24,513 bases of DNA from a virus. Taxonomy: Duplodnaviria > Caudoviricetes. Where the stretch lies: positions 1 to 24,513 of the IMG/VR virus record IMGVR_UViG_3300027491_000200; one strand, 5' to 3'. Both the position numbers and the translations under genes were made by a program. Shown piece after piece: positions 22,586-24,513 of the stretch. Position 1 is the stretch's first letter. The number at the start of each line of letters is the position of its first letter. The notes beneath the pieces were generated by a model, which was not told the DNA's origin, did not search any database, and saw nothing but the letters and a program-made list of their open reading frames with translations.

Positions 22586-22962
22586 TGGTGGACCTGACGG
22601 GAGTCGAACCCGTGTGTTCAGTGCTTTTCCGATCGTTTTCTACAAGCTTAGATAGCTTTAATCATGTCACGCGCTGTCGCTATCAACTCGCCTGACGTAA
22701 TGGCTAGAGTATACTGATTCTTCTACCGAGCCACAATTCTTGAAGATCAGTCTCGCTTGATGACGACCGTCGACTCAGCGAGAATCGGATGACGTATCGG
22801 TCACAGTTTCTTAGGCTGCGAGCTGAAGCTCTTCAGTACGAGTACCGAAGATAGCCTCGATGACATTTGAGATGCCGTTTGTGTTTTTGCTGATGTTGAA
22901 TGGTCCAGCAACCATGCTTGCTTACAATAAGTCTGTCACTGAATAGAATCCAGAACAGGCCC
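22586..22962 (-). ncRNA. ssrA: tmRNA (transfer-messenger RNA)
   Basis: 5' GGGCCTG pairs with 3' CAGGTCC-A-CCA including the G3.U wobble; T-arm ACGGGTTCGACTCCCGT; internal tag frame 22876-22811 GISNVIEAIFGTRTEELQLAA-stop. Confidence 0.95.
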
Positions 22963-22969
22963 AGTAAAA

Positions 22970-23045
22970 TGGTAGGAGGGGCGAGATTTGAACTCGCATA
23001 AAAGAGCTTATGAAACTCCTGTCTTACCAATCGATCCACCCTCCT
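22970..23045 (-). tRNA. tRNA with CAT anticodon, atypical D arm (Met or Ile2 unclear)
   Basis: AGGAGGG/CCCTCCT-A-CCA acceptor, GGAGT-TTCATAA-GCTCT anticodon arm, GCGAG-TTCAAAT-CTCGC T arm. Confidence 0.85.
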
Positions 23046-23051
23046 GTAAAA

Positions 23052-23128
23052 TGGCGCCCTCGGCGAGACTCGAACTCGCGACCAACGGTTTAGAAAACCG
23101 TTGCTCTATCCAGCTGAGCTACGAGGAC
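23052..23128 (-). tRNA. tRNA-Arg(TCT)
   Basis: GTCCTCGTAGCTCAGCTGGATAGAGCAACGGTTTTCTAAACCGTTGGTCGCGAGTTCGAGTCTCGCCGAGGGCGCCA. Confidence 0.95.
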
Positions 23129-23622
23129 CGATGAATTTCAAACTTGCACTTCTTGCCAAGTTCTGAGTTAAAAATCTTATCCCAGTTAACTCTCCACCGT
23201 TTCCAATTGTCATCCCAATGGATTCCTTCTGGAATCTTCGTATGACTGTCTGATGCAATTGATTCGGTGTAAAGTGAGTCGAAACCCCACATATGGATTT
23301 CGGTATAGCCTTTTTTGAGCAGGTACTGCACGCCATGATGACCAGTAGACTCGCCGTTTTGAATCTCGGCAGAGATTGTATCAAGTACTTCTGGCCTGGG
23401 ATTGCAACGACGAGCAATACTTGCCAACGATTGAGAAATAATGATTGGAAAATTGAGTCGCAGATTATTGTTCTGCATATGAACCAGAACCACCTTGTCC
23501 ATGATGAACGTCGCTGTCAGATTGCGATCAGCATCTGCAAGATTGCACCCGTAGATATCACCCACGGGAAATCCTCGAAAATTTACTTTTGATGGACCGT
23601 TACCAAGAATATGAGCAATCAT
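23119..23622 (-). CDS. MptE/Maf_flag10/sialyltransferase-like Rossmann-fold protein
   Basis: From ATG 23622: AHILGNGPS, IYGCN, STG...V.Y....GY.EIHMWGFDS; the stop codon lies inside tRNA-Arg. Confidence 0.75.
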   Translation of the reverse strand: MIAHILGNGPSKVNFRGFPVGDIYGCNLADADRNLTATFIMDKVVLVHMQNNNLRLNFPIIISQSLASIARRCNPRPEVLDTISAEIQNGESTGHHGVQYLLKKGYTEIHMWGFDSLYTESIASDSHTKIPEGIHWDDNWKRWRVNWDKIFNSELGKKCKFEIHRSS

Positions 23623-23628
23623 AGAAAT

Positions 23629-23704
23629 TGGAGCGGCAGACAGGATTCGAACCTGCGACAACCAGCTTGGAAGGATGGCGCTCTACCAACTGAGCTACTA
23701 CCGC
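23629..23704 (-). tRNA. tRNA-Gly(TCC)
   Basis: GCGGTAGTAGCTCAGTTGGTAGAGCGCCATCCTTCCAAGCTGGTTGTCGCAGGTTCGAATCCTGTCTGCCGCTCCA. Confidence 0.95.
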
Positions 23705-23776
23705 TTACTGAATAATTTATCTATGCAGATTTCAATTTTTACAATTTTTTTACAATGGTCTAAGTATAGATAATTT

Positions 23777-24145
23777 ATGATGAAAAAAATATTTTTACTT
23801 GGCTTAGTATTAGTAGGCTTGAGTGCATTAGTGCTTTCTCAAACTACGTCAAATACAGAACCTGTAGTAACTGAACGAACAGTTACTCTAAATTCAAGAG
23901 TTGTCCTTACTGCCAGTGCAGAAGGTACAACACCAATGACGTTCAATTGGTATAAGAATAATGTCTGGGTTGGAATCTCTGATAACCTAACATTTGATCG
24001 AATTCAAGCTTCAGATGCTGGAACTTATAAAGTTGTAGCAAATAATTCGGCAGGCACGGCAGAAAGCTCGCCTCTTACAATTACTGTATTTGTTCCAGTT
24101 GCGCCAAATAAGGTAAGAATTACTATTACTGTTGTGCCAAGTTAA
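23777..24145 (+). CDS. secreted single immunoglobulin (I-set-like) domain protein
   Basis: Signal peptide; V.LTASA.GT.P.TF.WYKN ... LT...IQ.SDAGTY.V.A.NSAG...S motif. Confidence 0.85.
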   Translation: MMKKIFLLGLVLVGLSALVLSQTTSNTEPVVTERTVTLNSRVVLTASAEGTTPMTFNWYKNNVWVGISDNLTFDRIQASDAGTYKVVANNSAGTAESSPLTITVFVPVAPNKVRITITVVPS

Positions 24146-24221
24146 TGGTGGTCCCGGAGGGACTTGAACCCACAACCAAAGGATTATGAGTCCTCTGCTC
24201 TAACCGTTGAGCTACGAGACC
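24146..24221 (-). tRNA. tRNA-Ile2(CAT)-like
   Basis: GGTCTCGTAGCTCAACGGTTAGAGCAGAGGACTCATAATCCTTTGGTTGTGGGTTCAAGTCCCTCCGGGACCACCA; resembles the bacterial lysidine-modified ileX type. Confidence 0.9.
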
Positions 24222-24364
24222 AATCTGTGGAATAGAACTAAAAATCCTACTCCAATACCTGCTGTCAGTGTAACAGCTACAATCAAAAATAGTGAGATTG
24301 CAGTTGGAATTAGCACAGACAAAAACAAAAACTGTACAAGTTTAGTTATTATCTGACCGGCCAT
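24212..24364 (-). CDS. small hydrophobic membrane protein (50 aa, not in ORF track)
   Basis: MAGQIITKLVQFLFLSVLIPTAISLFLIVAVTLTAGIGVGFLVLFHRLVS; stop TAG is nt 8-10 of tRNA-Ile2. Confidence 0.55.
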   Translation of the reverse strand: MAGQIITKLVQFLFLSVLIPTAISLFLIVAVTLTAGIGVGFLVLFHRLVS

Positions 24365-24513
24365 ACATGAAGTGTTCCGCGGTGATCGATGTAGCCGATA
24401 TAGTCTTTGCTACGATACGGAATTACTTCGCGATGAAACGAAGGCCAGGGCACACACAGCTCGTAGTATTTAACCCGTGGAATATGATGCCTCGGTGCAT
24501 GAACACAACCACT
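24349..24513 (-). CDS. 3' part of a hypothetical protein (enters from outside the window)
   Basis: Open frame ...SGCVHAPRHHIPRVKYYELCVPWPSFHREVIPYRSKDYIGYIDHRGTLHVWPVR-stop. Confidence 0.5.
   Translation of the reverse strand, partial: SGCVHAPRHHIPRVKYYELCVPWPSFHREVIPYRSKDYIGYIDHRGTLHVWPVR

Noticed and set aside
21491-23039. ORFs 21491-21688(-), 22086-22274(+) and 22833-23039(-) from the track
   Set aside because: They overlap tRNA, tmRNA or structured RNA, and their translations show no recognisable protein features.
23623-23661. N-terminal extension of ORF 23119-23661
   Set aside because: It lies within tRNA-Gly; ATG 23622 is the plausible start.

Overview
This window is a segment of a large T4-like (gp55/gp33 late-transcription type) myovirus genome, with almost all genes on the minus strand. 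Left end: 5' part of gp59 helicase loader, gp33 and conserved T4-like hypotheticals. Next come a candidate late small RNA and a block of tiny genes, each with its own leaderless promoter and a conserved 10-5-10 palindromic box centred near -62. A tightly coupled ~6.3-kb late operon follows: two paralogous membrane proteins, CsgF, CsgG, a curlin-like protein, a FecR-domain protein and a CHASE2 adenylate cyclase. Then come glycosyl- and methyltransferase genes, a plus-strand coiled-coil lipoprotein behind a bidirectional late promoter, an ATP-dependent DNA ligase and a second block of boxed mini-genes. An outer-membrane barrel gene is paired with a filamentous-haemagglutinin-like gene. The RNA-gene region holds 5 tRNAs, a tmRNA and ~1.1 kb of highly base-paired, pseudoknotted non-coding sequence that I cannot assign to a known family. 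Two ORFs use nt 8-10 (UAG) of the next tRNA as their stop codon. The envelope genes indicate a diderm host; a PVC/Verrucomicrobia-type host is only a weak inference. All family calls come from motif recognition by eye, not from database searches.
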